A DNA stretch of 64,000 nucleotides from Leptogorgia sarmentosa (GCA_964658305.1 OZ210884.1:4836001-4900000); one strand, 5' to 3'. Counted from the stretch's first letter, positions 1 to 47,258 are shown. Numbers and translations are program-made. The notes: generated by a model not told the origin, from the sequence alone.

Positions 1-242
1 TATTTGTGTTAATGTGGTAAGGATTTTCGTGCATTTCTGAATTATTTTTTTTAATACACGGAATTTTAAATACAACCACTTCATTCATCATATACAACGG
101 TTTCTATACATAAATTATACCTTCTCTAAACATTGCGTGGTGCAATATCACACCTCAACCGTCACGATACCAGTTTATTACTCCTTCACAAAATCGCCAT
201 GTTTAAATTTTGACGAAGATTTATAATTATTAATTTTACTAG

Positions 243-34134
<33,892 letters not shown>

Positions 34135-34911
34135 ACATTGACATAAAATTCACTAAATATGTCTATATACTAACTAATAATTATGTACCTGCACATTGTG
34201 GCATTGCCAACTAAAGCGTGACAAAACAAAATCCAACATGCAACTTGTTTGGAATGTTTATTGGAACCTCTTTTTTGCATTTCTAGATGATTTTTCGCAA
34301 TTCTTTTCTGAAAAAATATTCTTCCCAATTTTACATACATTTTAATTTTTAAATTCGTGTCAATTTGTTTCAAATCAACCATTCTTACCTATATATGGAT
34401 TAGTTGGCAATGGTCATTATCCAACATTATAGTCTATTTCATACCAAGATTTTTATAATGAATGTTCACGTGATATAAACTGTTGGTACACAACCTTTTA
34501 TTCAACAACACTTCAGTAATTAATTCAATGCATGCATGTAATGACTATTTTTATATACAAACATATAGTTATTATTCCCTTCACAAGTTTTATATTTAAT
34601 TCTATATTATATTTTGTCATTCGCACATTTTTCTAATTTTTCAATTTTTAATAAAACAACTGCATAATTCTTTCGTTTGTTTTGCATTCCAGTTAACTTC
34701 CCAGTTTTTTTTTGTTTTTTTTTTGCGGTGAGTGGGGTGGGGGGGGGGTGGGGGGGGGGGGTGCAATGAGCTTCAATTTGCTTACTGTCGGTAGAACAAA
34801 ATGGAAACTCGATCCAGATACAATGGATTCTCATCATCGATATTGGTTTATAGTTAGTTTTATTTATATCTAGGTTTCTTTATACTATGTTTTGGTTTAT
34901 GCGGAAACTTC

Positions 34912-35040
34912 AAGGTTAGGGTTAGGTTAGGGGTAGGATAGGGTTAGGTTAGGGTTAGTGTTGGGGTTAGAGTTAGGGTTAGTGTTGCGGTTAGTGTTAG
35001 GTTAGAGTTAGGTTAGGGTTAGATTAGGATTGGGGTTGTG
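34912..35040 (+). repeat. Degenerate (GGGTTA)n-like tract
   Basis: ggttagggttaggttagggg...; similar weaker tracts at 17340-17400 and 58360-58450. Confidence 0.8.
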
Positions 35041-36019
35041 TTAAAGATAACCCGACTTGGTTGATTCTAGCAATAAGGCTTGAGAAAGTAGAAGTGCCGA
35101 AATCCGATGTTTTAGATTTTATTATTCAGGACAAACACAAGAATGGTGCCTCATCAGCCTCGAATGGGAAATGGAAGACATACACAATATTGCCATAGGG
35201 CAAATATATTTTTAAAAAACATTCATTTTATCACAAATTTCTAATTTACGGCATACATAACATCGCTTTTGTTGTTTACTTCGCACACTGCTTAAGCGGA
35301 AGTGACCGAAGCGTCGAGATTTTTCGGCGCTCGCTGATTGGCTGAAAACGTTCGATCATTTGCAGTCTGCCAAATGGAGCCAATAAACCTGTCTCATAGC
35401 AGGCGACAGGAATATTGTCGGTAATCGTTTGAAGCCAACTGCCGTGATTTCGAGGTTGCTTTGAAATCTCGTATTTTTCTACCAAAAGAAATTGTATCAC
35501 AACAGAATATGTATTTTTATATGTGAAGATGAAAAGTTGTTGAGCTTTTGAAACGAAACATTGTCGGCATATCTCAGCATCTCCAACCAGGAACAGTTCA
35601 TGCACAGAGTTTTAATTAAAATTCCACCGACGAAACACTTGGCGGTATAATTATTTTGAAATATTGAAATAATTTAGGACTTTCAATAATGTATCCTAGT
35701 CCATTCATTTTTCATCGAATTTTTCATCAAATTTTACTTGAATCTGTTCAAAATCCGAATTGCTGGTATAAATATACCTCTACATTATTACCTAAGTGGT
35801 TATTTGAGATATGTATTTTACAGCTCGGATAAATAATATCCATAACATGCATAGACGTGTAACTTCCTTATGGCAGAATAATACAAATAACCGAATGTCT
35901 CCTATTGTCCTTTATCTGAGATTAAACAGGAAAATTCGTGTACTAACGAAAACCTTTAGCAAAGCTAATTTTTACTTCAAATTATTACCCATTTTTATTA
36001 TGTATCAGAGGCTCGCAAG

Positions 36020-38521
36020 ATGAACAAGTTAAATTGCGCTGTGCTGATTTTCGTTATATTCCTTGATTTTGGAGGGTAAACAAACAGTTTATTCATGCAT
36101 ATCCTTTTTTTAAATACTTTATTCACATAATATATTTCTTGATATATGAGCAACTGTACCGTAAGCAATAGATATAATAATTAAGATTCCGTGGTTGATA
36201 TGGTCCTAAGATTTCGAATTAGCTACTTTCCATTCTTACCGTTCTTCTCATACGAGTGAGCAAACTTATACACTCTATTTGCTCAAACCTATACATTCTA
36301 TACATGCACTGTAAATCATTCTAGAGTGCCAGTGGAATGCTCCAAATACGAAGATAAGAATAGTTATCTCATCAAACGAATCGTATCACCGACATGTGAA
36401 TTAAAATCTCCAGTGAAAGCTGCCATTCTGAATACTAATAATGAGGTTCAAGTCTTACGATCCAAAGTAGAAACACTTCAGAATACGGTTGAAGGTCTTC
36501 AAAATACAATTCAAAGTCTCCAAAATACAGTTGAAGACATTGCAAACTTGATCAAGAAACCAATAACTGGTAAACTGATTTTTTTTCCCCGAAAAATGTT
36601 TCTTTGCTTCGTGTATGATATTTATTGAATTATATAGCTTCATTGACAATCATATAAATATAATTAAAGTATATCGAAGATATAAGGAAATAAATATAAA
36701 GCACGTATTATAAAACTTATAACATACTAATGTTTAGGTGTCCACTCCCAATGCAGGATGGGAAAATTATCTGCTATTTTCAGCATCATGGGCCTACATA
36801 ATTAATACATGACCAGGGCCGTAACTAGAGCGTTAATTGGGGGGGGGGGGGGGGGGGGCATATTCATGTATCCGTTTTCTTCCCGACGTATTTCTTTTAA
36901 GCAGTCGTTTTTGAATTAATTTGAAAAGCAGTTCCTCTTTCATTCCAGCTGGGCATGAGTAAATGAATACTGTAGACCCCTCCCTCAAATAACGCCCCAG
37001 TTAAGGCTCTGATCATGAAATCATATTTTAATAGGAAAGAATTGCGCTGATTTATACAAAAAGGGAAACAACAAAAGTGGAGTATATGAAATTGATCCAG
37101 ATAGCAAGGGCAGTTTCAAGGTCTTCTGTGACATGACAACTTCAGGAGGAGGTTGGACTGTGTTTCAACGTCGTCTTGATGGAAGTGTTGATTTCTACCG
37201 AGGGTGGCAAGATTACAAACATGATTTTGGTGATATAAAGGGTGAATACTGGCTCGGTCTTGACAAGATCCACAGACTAACAATTGCTTTACAAAACGAA
37301 CTTCGTATTGATATGGAAGACACGTCTGGAAACAAGAAATACGCAGAATATGATTTCTTCGCTGTTACCAGTGAAGAACAAAAATATCAATTGAGTCTTG
37401 GAACATATGCTGGTGAGCAGTTTCAGTAATAGGATAACAACAATGATCATTCTTGTCCCTTTATTAAATGTTTCCTGAGCGATGGAATAATTATTTTCCT
37501 TAAAGGTTCCGGCTAATTTGAATTTCGATTCAATTCAAACAAATTTATATATTTTTCTAAATAAAACAGTTTAAGGTGGGTCAGCCGAGTTTGGGTAGAC
37601 TGGAGGAACTTTAAATTTTCCAGTCAGGGTGTTGCCTCGTAGTTAGGAGCTGAGCGGATTAATAACAGGTTTTTTAAATTTTTGAAATCAATCAATCATA
37701 AATTAAATTTTTTAAATCATCGCCCAAACATTCGCAACATGTTACTGATACATGTATCCTATAAAAGAGTATCTATTTTCACAAATCCAGTTGATGGTAT
37801 GTAAAAAAGTTCCGATGTCAAAGCTCTATGACATATACTATAGTTTGGTTTGATTTGGTTTGGGAAACAACATAGTACATATTTTAATAATTTCAAAAAT
37901 ATAATTTCTGAAAATATAATTTCATGATTTTACGAATATTGACTCGCGCGCGACGGGAGAATGCATGACATCTGAATTATTTGACTAAAGGAACCTTGGA
38001 GAAAATTGTACCGAAACTTCAGATCTACAGGTAGTCAGGTACAAATGCGTTATGCCATATGATGAACATTTTATAAGTGGAACTTGCTCAAGCTGATCGA
38101 AAAATATTGTACGCCTCGCCCTACCGGATCAGTCTCTGCAAAATAAACTCATGCAGCCCAGCATTTTTATTATACTCTGGCCTCTGCGTGCTTTGTTAAC
38201 AAAAATTATTAATCGTTAAGTATGGGATTATATTTTAAAGGTACTGCAGGTGATTCCTTCACTGCTCGTCACAAAGGTATGGCTTTCTCAACAAAAGATT
38301 CCGACAATGATACATATGATAATGGCAGCTGTGCCGTGAAATACAAAGGCGGTTGGTGGTATGGTGCATGTCATTTCTCTAATCTAAATGGTCTCTATCA
38401 TCATGGTGCGCATGGTTCATCCGCAGACGGTATTAACTGGTACAGTTGGAAAGGACACTATTATTCCTTGAAATCTACCTCAATGAAAATCCGACCTCGT
38501 GAATTTGGGCTGAAAAAATAA
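36020..38521 (+). CDS. Secreted fibrinogen-related (FReD; ficolin/tachylectin-5/MFAP4-like) lectin 1, 319 aa
   Basis: Exons 36020-36075, 36325-36569, 37035-37412, 38241-38521 (960 nt, in frame). Signal peptide [19 protein letters not shown], heptad coiled coil, FBG motifs [38 protein letters not shown]. Confidence 0.93.
36814..37011. mobile_element. hAT-like MITE with poly-G
   Basis: cagggccgtaactagagcgtta / taacgccccagttaaggctctg; absent from the paralogous intron of FReD 3 (~49630). Confidence 0.7.
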
Positions 38522-39924
38522 ACATCGCTATTTTTTTAGGTTAACATTGTCCACAATTTTGCATTATTGTAACTGCACTTGCATTATAAAAGCTTTCAAG
38601 CTGCTGATTAATTGAAATTAAAAGCATCGCTCGATTGGCTTGCTAGAGCATTTCAGAATAATAAGAACACCCTTTCAAATCGAGGGTTGAGAACTTTTAC
38701 TACACCTTAATTTACTCCACTCCATCACTAGGCTTCAGCAGTTATATACGTTGTTATTTCACATCATGTTTGTACGCTAAAGCACAATGATCTCATTAAA
38801 TAGACAATTCAAACCTGTACATTTAGTTTGTGCGCCATTCATATAAATACACCAGTGCAATACAGTGCAAACAATACGGGCTAACGCTCCACGACGTGGC
38901 TCTGGGAATGTAATACGTATGAGGAGAATTAATTATATTATTTCGACAACACGAACGGAAATTCATATTTCTGTATTTTTTGGAAAACTGTCAAAATATC
39001 AGCTTTTATCTTGGTTTTATTGGCATTTTTTTTTCAATTTGGTGAACCATTTGTTATCCGTACGTTATTAATTAGGATAAGAAGATAATAGAAGATAAAC
39101 TAGAATTTATTGCGAAATACTGCATTTATTTGCATGAAACTTTTTATTTAAATATTCAAGTCAGTCTTTGATATATGAATTTCCGCCCAATGTTCGCTCG
39201 TTTTAGGGTAAAATTTGTAAATATTTTGTGAAGCCTTGCATTTAAGAACATAAACTTATTCTCTGTAATTGAACCGTTAATAGATTAAATGCGGCCACGG
39301 CCTTTCATACAAATAGTAAATATACGCAAAACAAAAGTTCACTGCCGACAATATATGAACTTATCGGTCCTGTGTGTCAATTCATGGTCGTTTCTTCCCC
39401 TTTCTCAGCGTATTATATCTTCTGAGAAGGCTTTTCAAGTCTTACAGCGAAGATATCACGTTGTCTTCGTTTTCGCCTTTCCAAAAGCTTTAAGCCTTTA
39501 GAAAGCTTCTTAAAAGCTTTAAAAAGCTTCGGCTCTTCATGATAGTCCGCCATATTTTTGAGATCAGTGATGACCGACCACCCTTCGGCGATGACCCAAA
39601 ATGGCGCCCAAATCACAGAGTAATTACACATACAGAGGTGTAACTGGTGTACCCACTATTTTTGTGCGCATGTTCGGCAAGTTACTAGATGCGTGCATCT
39701 GATTGGTTGACGACCTGATGACGACTAAATTTAAACTTGCCGAGCATGCGCAGTTGATAATTTTTTGCCGATCGCATTGAAAAAAAGTGAGTACATGAAA
39801 ATGTTGTTTAATTATATTAAATTTATTGAGTTACAACTTACACCTCTGTATGATACTCTGTGGCCAAATCGAGCAGCTTTGGACTCCGCTATGCTGCCCG
39901 TTACCCGGGTGCAAATAGCCGTGC

Positions 39925-40105
39925 GGAATTATTACCCTCTCCCCGGGTTAACGCCCGGACGGCGCTTCGCGCCGTGGCTCGGGGATTATTACCCTCTCCC
40001 CGGGTAAACGCCCAGACGGCGCTTTACGCCTGGTTCGGGGATTATTACCCTCTCCCCGGGTTAACGCCCGGACGGCGCTTCGCGCCGAGGCTCGGAGATT
40101 ATTCT
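39925..40105 (+). repeat. ~56-57 bp GC-rich tandem repeat x3 with internal hairpins
   Basis: attattaccctctccccgggttaacgcccggacggcgcttcgcgccgtggctcggg. Confidence 0.9.
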
Positions 40106-40934
40106 TTCGACATTACCAGTCAAGCAATGCAAAATATAAAACGCGAAAATGCAATATATAAAACACAAAAATGGAAAATATAAAAGTAATTTTATGTTGT
40201 CGCCTCTGGGCTTCCGTAACTCTGCTCTGCTGCAATATTCAATACTTCTGGCGAGAACGTTTGAAACGTTTGAATAATTGAATTCATTATAATTACAATT
40301 AATATTAAGAGTGCATGTGCACATTGCTATGGCAATAAAAAAGGCAGCGCAACGGCGTAATGTAAACAGTGCGATGTTTCCCATCAGTTTGAAAATTTAT
40401 GTGGAATGAAGAGGAATACGGTATTGTGCAACAGGGGCCTAACTTCCAGCTCGGCTGAAGTCTTGCCCCGGCAAACTGGGACACCCATTCAATATACAGG
40501 TTTCTTCAAATACTCGATAATTCATTGAAATTATAATGTACCCTCTAAAGAAATCAACTCTTTTGTTATTGAACATGCGTTGTTATAATGGCATTGAGAA
40601 TTGAATTGAATGGTATACAAGAACGAGTGAACTACAGCAGTATTTATAACAATTTGCCTCGTGAAAAACTGACGTGACGATTGAAGCAAGCATATATTAT
40701 TATAATGACTTCATTAATATAGGTTAGTCTGAGAAATATACCGTTGTTCTGTAGACAGTTGAACCATTCCGACTCGAGCTGACAGCAAGTCAATTTTACA
40801 TGTTTATGATGCCGTTCGTTTTAAAAGGTGTAATAACTCGAGATTAACAGCAAAAGCGTTATTTTTATATAATAGAAAGAACTTTTTCGGGACAACTGCA
40901 TTAATATTAGCTATGTATCATATTGCATTCAAAA

Positions 40935-41250
40935 AGTAAAATCATCTTGGTAATCTACCGATAAATTAGACTGATTTATAAAGCAGAAAACGTACTCTGT
41001 AAATAAACCATTGTTTTACAGTATATTTCTCTCACGCATCTTGCTTGAGTTGAAACAGGAAAATTCGTGTACTAACAAAATATTTACCAAACTAAATGTT
41101 TACACCCTCTCGTTTTGTACACAATCGCATTCAATATTAATAATGAAACCTTGATTACGTATCACACATTTGCAAGATAAACAAGACTAGTTCAATAATT
41201 GCGCTGTGCTACTCATTACCCTGGTTTTATTGCACAATTTTTAGGGTTAT
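40935..41250 (+). pseudogene. Decayed duplicate of FReD upstream region + signal-peptide exon
   Basis: Parallels 41355-41650; gcaagATAaacaag at 41177 replaces gcaagATGaacaag; aattgcgctgtgct remnant. Confidence 0.7.
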
Positions 41251-41584
41251 AGCTAGCAAACAGCTTAGTCTAGTATATGATCCAAGTATCATCATCAAAT
41301 TAATTTTCTGAAGTTCATGCCTATTTCTTACATGAATCTTATTGTATACAGAGCTAAATCATCCTGGTAATCATGCATAACATAACATTATTGCTTCCAT
41401 GCATAATATAAAGCAGATAGTGTAAATAAACAATTGTCTTATATCTCATTAGCTATGTGTTTCATTTCAGTTTAAACGAGAAAATTCGTGCACTAACCAA
41501 ATATTTACCAAACCTTATTCTTACCCGGAATGAAATTGCGTTCAATTCATCACCCACCTTTATTATGTATTGGATGCTTGCAAG

Positions 41585-44500
41585 ATGAACAAGTTAAATT
41601 GTGCTCTGATGTTCGTCGCGGTTGTTTTATTCCTCGATTTTAGAGCGTAAGTAAAGTTCATTCATATTTTATCACTGTTCTTGTTTATAGGTATATGTTG
41701 GCATTTCTTGTATAGCTCTTTCTTGATATACGAACAACTAAAAGGATATACGAATTAACATTTCGTAGATGATTAGTACTAATTCGGAATTCATCAATTT
41801 GACTTCATAGACTACATATTGATAAAGCGTTTGGTTTAGCGACGTAACAATACATCGGCTAGCTTTATGCAATTTTCATGCAGTCAATGTGATTATCAAG
41901 CCATGGTGAAATTTGTTTAACATTCTATTTCTAAAACTGTTTTCGTGAAGTATAAACTATTATCTCCTACGAAGTATTGCTTTAAAACCTTTGCCAAATT
42001 TTTCATGGTGCATTTTTAAGCAGAAATATCTATTAATTTTATGCATGTAATGAAATTTCATTTAGCTAACAAGCCACCCGATCTAGACCAACTCTTACTC
42101 TTATTGAAATAAAACTCTTATTGAAATTCGATTGGCACATAATTTATGTACTCACATGGCCTAAGTCTGTTCAAGTTTTCATAATAAACCAATTCAAATT
42201 AATACGGCGAAAGCGAATGCTATAGTAATAGTACACGAATTTTCCTAAGTAAGATGCGTGAGAGAATATAAAACAATGGCTTATTGGTCCTCTAGACCAA
42301 TAACGTTAAATTATAGCTATATATTTTAATATTTGCTGCGACCAATATAAATTTTCACCCACACTTTTTTGTCCAGTTAATAATGTGCCGCATTGTTGTA
42401 TAAAGTGGGGACTAAAAAATGGACATACACATTCACTTTACTGGTTTATTTGCTATCTTCTGTTTAACCTCTCGATAGCTACATGCAGCCTAGTTACATT
42501 CAGATATGTCATTACTATTCTGTAAATACTGTATACTAATTCCAGAATACACGTGGAATGCTTCAATCGAGGGAAAAATGGTCCTCTTGCTATAGTGAAA
42601 CGAGTCATCTCGCCAGGGTGTGGACTGAAATCTCAAATTAAAGACTTACGGTCCAAACTTGAAAAACTTCAAAATACAGTTGATGGCATTGCAAATCTGC
42701 TCAGAAAACCAACTACTGGTAAACAGTTAATAGTTTTCGTCATTATTATAATTGCAACTTGTGTAATTGTGTCACTATAAATATCCTTACATAAATATAA
42801 TATATATCATATATAAATTTACGAAAAATATGAGAAAATACTATGGAAAGCCTCTCCGTGCATTTAGAAACCATTCCAATTACATTTAGCACGTATGTTT
42901 CGACTAATTTGAATCGAGTTATTAAGTGAGTTGAAACCCATAATGAATAAAAACAGGATTTTAATCTACGTGGAGTGTCCAATTGCCTGGTACATAGAAC
43001 AGTACACGATGTCACTATAAACAGATTTCACAACAATATGTTTTAGCCACTGAATTATAAAATCCGTATGTTCTTCCAAACGTAATAATACCGTTACTCT
43101 CTTTTAATAGGAACGAATTGCGCTGATTTATACAAAAAGGGAAACAAGAAAAGTGGAGTATATGAAATTGATCCAGATGGCAGGGGCAGTTTCAAGGTCT
43201 TCTGTGACATGACAACTTCAGGAGGAGGTTGGACTGTGTTTCAACGTCGTCTTGATGGAAGTGTTGATTTCTACCGAGGGTGGCAAGATTACAAACAAGG
43301 TTTTGGTGATATAAATGGTGAATACTGGCTCGGTCTCGACAAGATCCACAGACTAACAATTGCTTCCCAAAACAAACTTCGTATTGACATGGAAGACACG
43401 ACTGGAAACAAGAAATACGCAGACTATGATTTCTTCGCTGTTACCAGTGAAGCACAAAAATATCAATTGAGTTTGGGAACATATGCTGGTAAGCAGTTTT
43501 AGTAATAGGATAACGAGCGATGGAATAATTTTTTTGCTTAAAAGTTTTAGCTAATTTGAATTTCGGTTCAATTTAAATAAATTTATATATTTTTCTAAAT
43601 AAAACAGTTGAAGGGGGGTCAGCCGAGTTTGGGTAGACTGGGGGAACTTTAAATATTCCAGTCAGGGTGTTGCCTCGTAGTCAGGAGCTGAGCGGATTAA
43701 TAACAGTTTTTTTTAATTTTTTAATTCAATCAATCGTAAATAAATTATTTTTTTTAAATCATTGTTACATGTTACTGATACATGTATCCTAATAGAGTAT
43801 CTATTTTCACAAATACACTTGACGGTATGTAAAAAAGTTAATGTCAAAGCTCTATGACGTATACTTTAGTTTGGTTTGATTTGGTTTGGCATAGGCGTAC
43901 GGGGGGGATTTTGAGAATTCATCTATTCGGGCAAATCGTCTTGCCATTCGGGCAGCGACGGTCTGGTGATTAAATGAATATATTGATCCATGAAGTGGAA
44001 CAGAAATATTATTCAACAAGTTCAATTATGAACGACATATTTCTTTTTATATCAATCTTCAAAGAAAAACTTATCATTTATAGTATATTCGGATTATATA
44101 ATAATTATTATGATGACGTCACGAATTTCGGGCAAATTCAGCCCAGCCCCGCCCCCACCCCTCCCCCCCCCTCCCAGTAAAATGTGCCCGCCCCCCCCCC
44201 CTCCCAGTAAAATGTGCCCGTACGCCTATCTGGTTTGGGAAACAACATAGCTACAGCTGCATATTTTCATAAATTCAAAAAAATTAATTTCTGAAAACAT
44301 TTCATTATTGTGCCAAAATTTTTACGAATATTGACTCGCGCGCGACGGGAGAATGCATGATATCTTCAATTTTACCGAAACTTCAGATCTACAAGTAGTC
44401 AGGTACAAATGCGTTATGCCATATGATGAACATTTTATAAGTGGAACTTGCCCAAGCTGATCGAAAAATATTGTACGTCTTGCCGTACCGGATCAGTCTC

Positions 44501-44860
44501 TGCCCAGCATTTTTATTATACTCTCCGTGCTTTGTTAACAAAAATTATTAATCGTTAAATATGTTATTATATTTTAAAGGTACTGCAGGTGATTCCTTCA
44601 CTGCTCGTCACAAAGGTATGGCTTTCTCAACAAAAGATTCCGATAATGATACATATGATAATGGCAGCTGTGCCGTGAAATACAAAGGTGCTTGGTGGTA
44701 TGAAAAGTGCCATGCCGCAAATCTAAATGGTCTCTATCATCATGGCGCGCATGGTTCATTTGCAGACGGTATTAACTGGTACAGTTGGAAAGGATACAAT
44801 TATTCTTTGAAATCTACCTCAATGAAAATCAGACCTCGTGAATTTGGGTTGAAAAAATAA
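41585..44860 (+). CDS. Secreted FReD lectin 2, 297 aa
   Basis: Exons 41585-41646, 42546-42718, 43111-43488, 44580-44860 (894 nt, in frame). Confidence 0.93.
43890..44230. mobile_element. hAT-type MITE with 8-bp TSD
   Basis: TIR cataggcgtacggg/cccgtacgcctatc; tggtttgg at 43882-43889 and 44231-44238; empty site in FReD 1 at ~37856. Confidence 0.9.
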
Positions 44861-44913
44861 ACATCACCATATTTTAGATTAACATTACTCACAGTTTTGT
44901 ATCTGCACTATAA

Positions 44914-45166
44914 TTTACTTCACTTTACTTCACTTTACTTCACTTTACTTCACTTTACTTCACTTTACTTCACTTTACTTCACTCTACTTCACTTTACTT
45001 CACTTTACTTCACTTTACTTCACTTTACTTCACCTTACTTCACTTTACTTCACTTTACTTCACTTTACTTCACTTTACTTCACTTTATTTCACTTTATTT
45101 CACTCTACTTCACTTTACTCCACTCTACTTCACTCTACTTCACTCTACTTCACTCTACTTCACTTC
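44914..45166 (+). repeat. (CACTTTACTT)n microsatellite just 3' of FReD 2
   Basis: ~25 decamer units. Confidence 0.97.
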
Positions 45167-46199
45167 ATTGATTAAGTCTTAACATTCTTACTTTGTTTTG
45201 TCACAACATGTTACGCTTAATCAGGCGAATTGAAGATTTTTTGCACGTAACCTATTTGCATTTAGTTCTGCATAGTTCAAACTGGCCTTTTTTTCCTGAA
45301 GCTTGTATACTGTAAACTTTGGTAGCCCAGTAAATACCTAGTCAGTAGAAGCGTATTCTATATAATACAGAAAGAATAATAAATGGATGTCCGAAATATG
45401 AAATTTATTTCCAGTCCTGCCATATACTATAGAATTATCGCACGGCCCACGTATGGACCTTTGTTGTTTACTACGCATGCTGCATCAGCGAAAATGACCG
45501 GAGTGTCAAGGTTTCAGCGCACACTGGTTGGGAAAACGCACAAATTTAGTTCACCAAATGGAGCCGAGAAACCTGTTTCATAGCAACAGAATTGACGGTA
45601 ATCGTTTGAAGTAAACTACCGTCATTTTCCAGGAATAAGGCTTTCAGATCTCGCATTTTTCAAAACAAAAAAATTGTATCACTACAGAATATGCATCTTA
45701 TGTGACTTAAATGCTATGTCGCAACGCGTCCAACCAGTTCACGCACAGATTTTTCATTAAAACTTTACCGAGGAAGCACTGAATTAGCGGATATTTTTGA
45801 TGTAGCTATTGAAATGGTAAGTAAGTAAAAAAAAAGGTAAAACTTTATTTGACTATACGCTTACCCCTACAGCAAAAGCTGGTTTCCAAGGGGGGCGTAG
45901 ATTTAGATAGTTAAAAAAAATACAATTAATTGATACAAATTATGGTGATGCACTACATTACTGTTGACAAACATCACGATACATTTACAAATACGGCGAA
46001 TTAGTGCCTCACTTTTTCCCACTGACAAGGTTTCAACGCTGATGCAACATTTCAATAAAACTTGTGCTTACATGCCATACTTTGAACCATAGCGTATGTG
46101 AATAAACAAACTATTACATGAATTTAATTTGCTTCCTGCTAATTACAATTACGCTATAAATTATATCATTGCTATATCTTCTATTTCCACATTTGGCAA

Positions 46200-47045
46200 A
46201 CCCTATATGTGTGAGTTGTCTTTTTATTTATATTTTTATGTAAGTTGTCTATTTCAAACGTTTAATTGATTAGTAGAGTTAATAGCGACTATTTAACAGA
46301 CTGTTGAATTCCTTCAATAGAAATGTGATGCATGCATGCATAAATTATTGCCATGGCTAAAAAGGAGTTTTTGTCCGTGCTAGTGGTTTATATTAACGTG
46401 AGTAACAGCACATATGGCAGAGGGGATTACGAATTAATCTCAAGCGTATATCCGCGGTTGCTTGTGATGTGCTTGAAATACATTAGCTAATATCATTCGG
46501 AGTGTCCAACATCCTCTCGATTTCCTATATAGCCTAAATTATTTTAAATTGTTTAGTTTAATATAAACTGAGATAGTCAATCAATGTTGTGTTTAACACA
46601 TTGTTCGTTCGTCGTAGTCAATAATAGTAATTGAACATCATTTTTGAGAACGAATCAACTGCAAAAATACGAACATTAATGGGCCGAAATAGCTGTGTTT
46701 AAATATTCTCACATCAACACGGGTGTACGGGCTGTCTTTTTTACTTACTTCCTGTTATTTTATAATAATTATTTAATCTAAGTAATAATGTCCCATGAAT
46801 TCCTTTATATTTTTATGTATAAGTTGTCTTATTCAAACGATTAATTGATTATAGAGTTAATAGCGACTGTAACAGACTGTTGAATTCCTTCAATAGAGAT
46901 GCATGAATTATTGCCATGGCAAAAAAAAGGAGTTTTTGTCCTTGCCAGTGGATTATATTAACGTGAATAACAGCACACATATGACAGAGGGGATTACGAT
47001 TTAATCTCGAACGTATATCCGTTGCTTGTGATGTACTTGAGATAG
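46200..47045 (+). repeat. Diverged direct repeat (~46220-46480 vs ~46800-47045)
   Basis: agagttaatagcgact..aacagactgttgaattccttcaatag..ttattgccatggc shared. Confidence 0.85.
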
Positions 47046-47119
47046 GTGGAAATCCGTTTGTTATGTACTTAAAGTATCTTATCATTCTGCCATTGTGAAG
47101 TGTCATACTTATGGTGACC

Positions 47120-47258
47120 GCATTGTCCAATCAGGTGCAAGTTGAAGCCTGCCGTTTCTTATCTCACCAATGACTATATATAGATTGATCATTTTGCTTG
47201 GACGACATCATATCGTTGCCAGAGAGGAAAAAGTGAGGAGATCTCAGTTCTCTTTCAG
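47120..47258 (+). promoter_or_regulatory. Putative promoter and non-coding first exon of FReD 3
   Basis: CCAAT at ~47127 and ~47166, TATATATA at ~47175, donor CAG|GTATGT at 47258, acceptor tttatctttcag at 48012 just before the ATG. Confidence 0.45.

Noticed and set aside
34912..35040. Telomere or chromosome-fusion relic
   Set aside because: Short and degenerate, and similar tracts occur in several introns; common low-complexity repeat
35276..35605. 109-aa minus-strand ORF
   Set aside because: No recognisable motif; the paralogous block at ~45500 does not keep the frame
39765..40384. Overlapping ORFs of 80-107 aa
   Set aside because: They arise from the GC-rich tandem repeat; no splice or domain support
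44897..45175. 92-aa ORF (LLHFTSLYFT)n
   Set aside because: Translation of a decamer microsatellite
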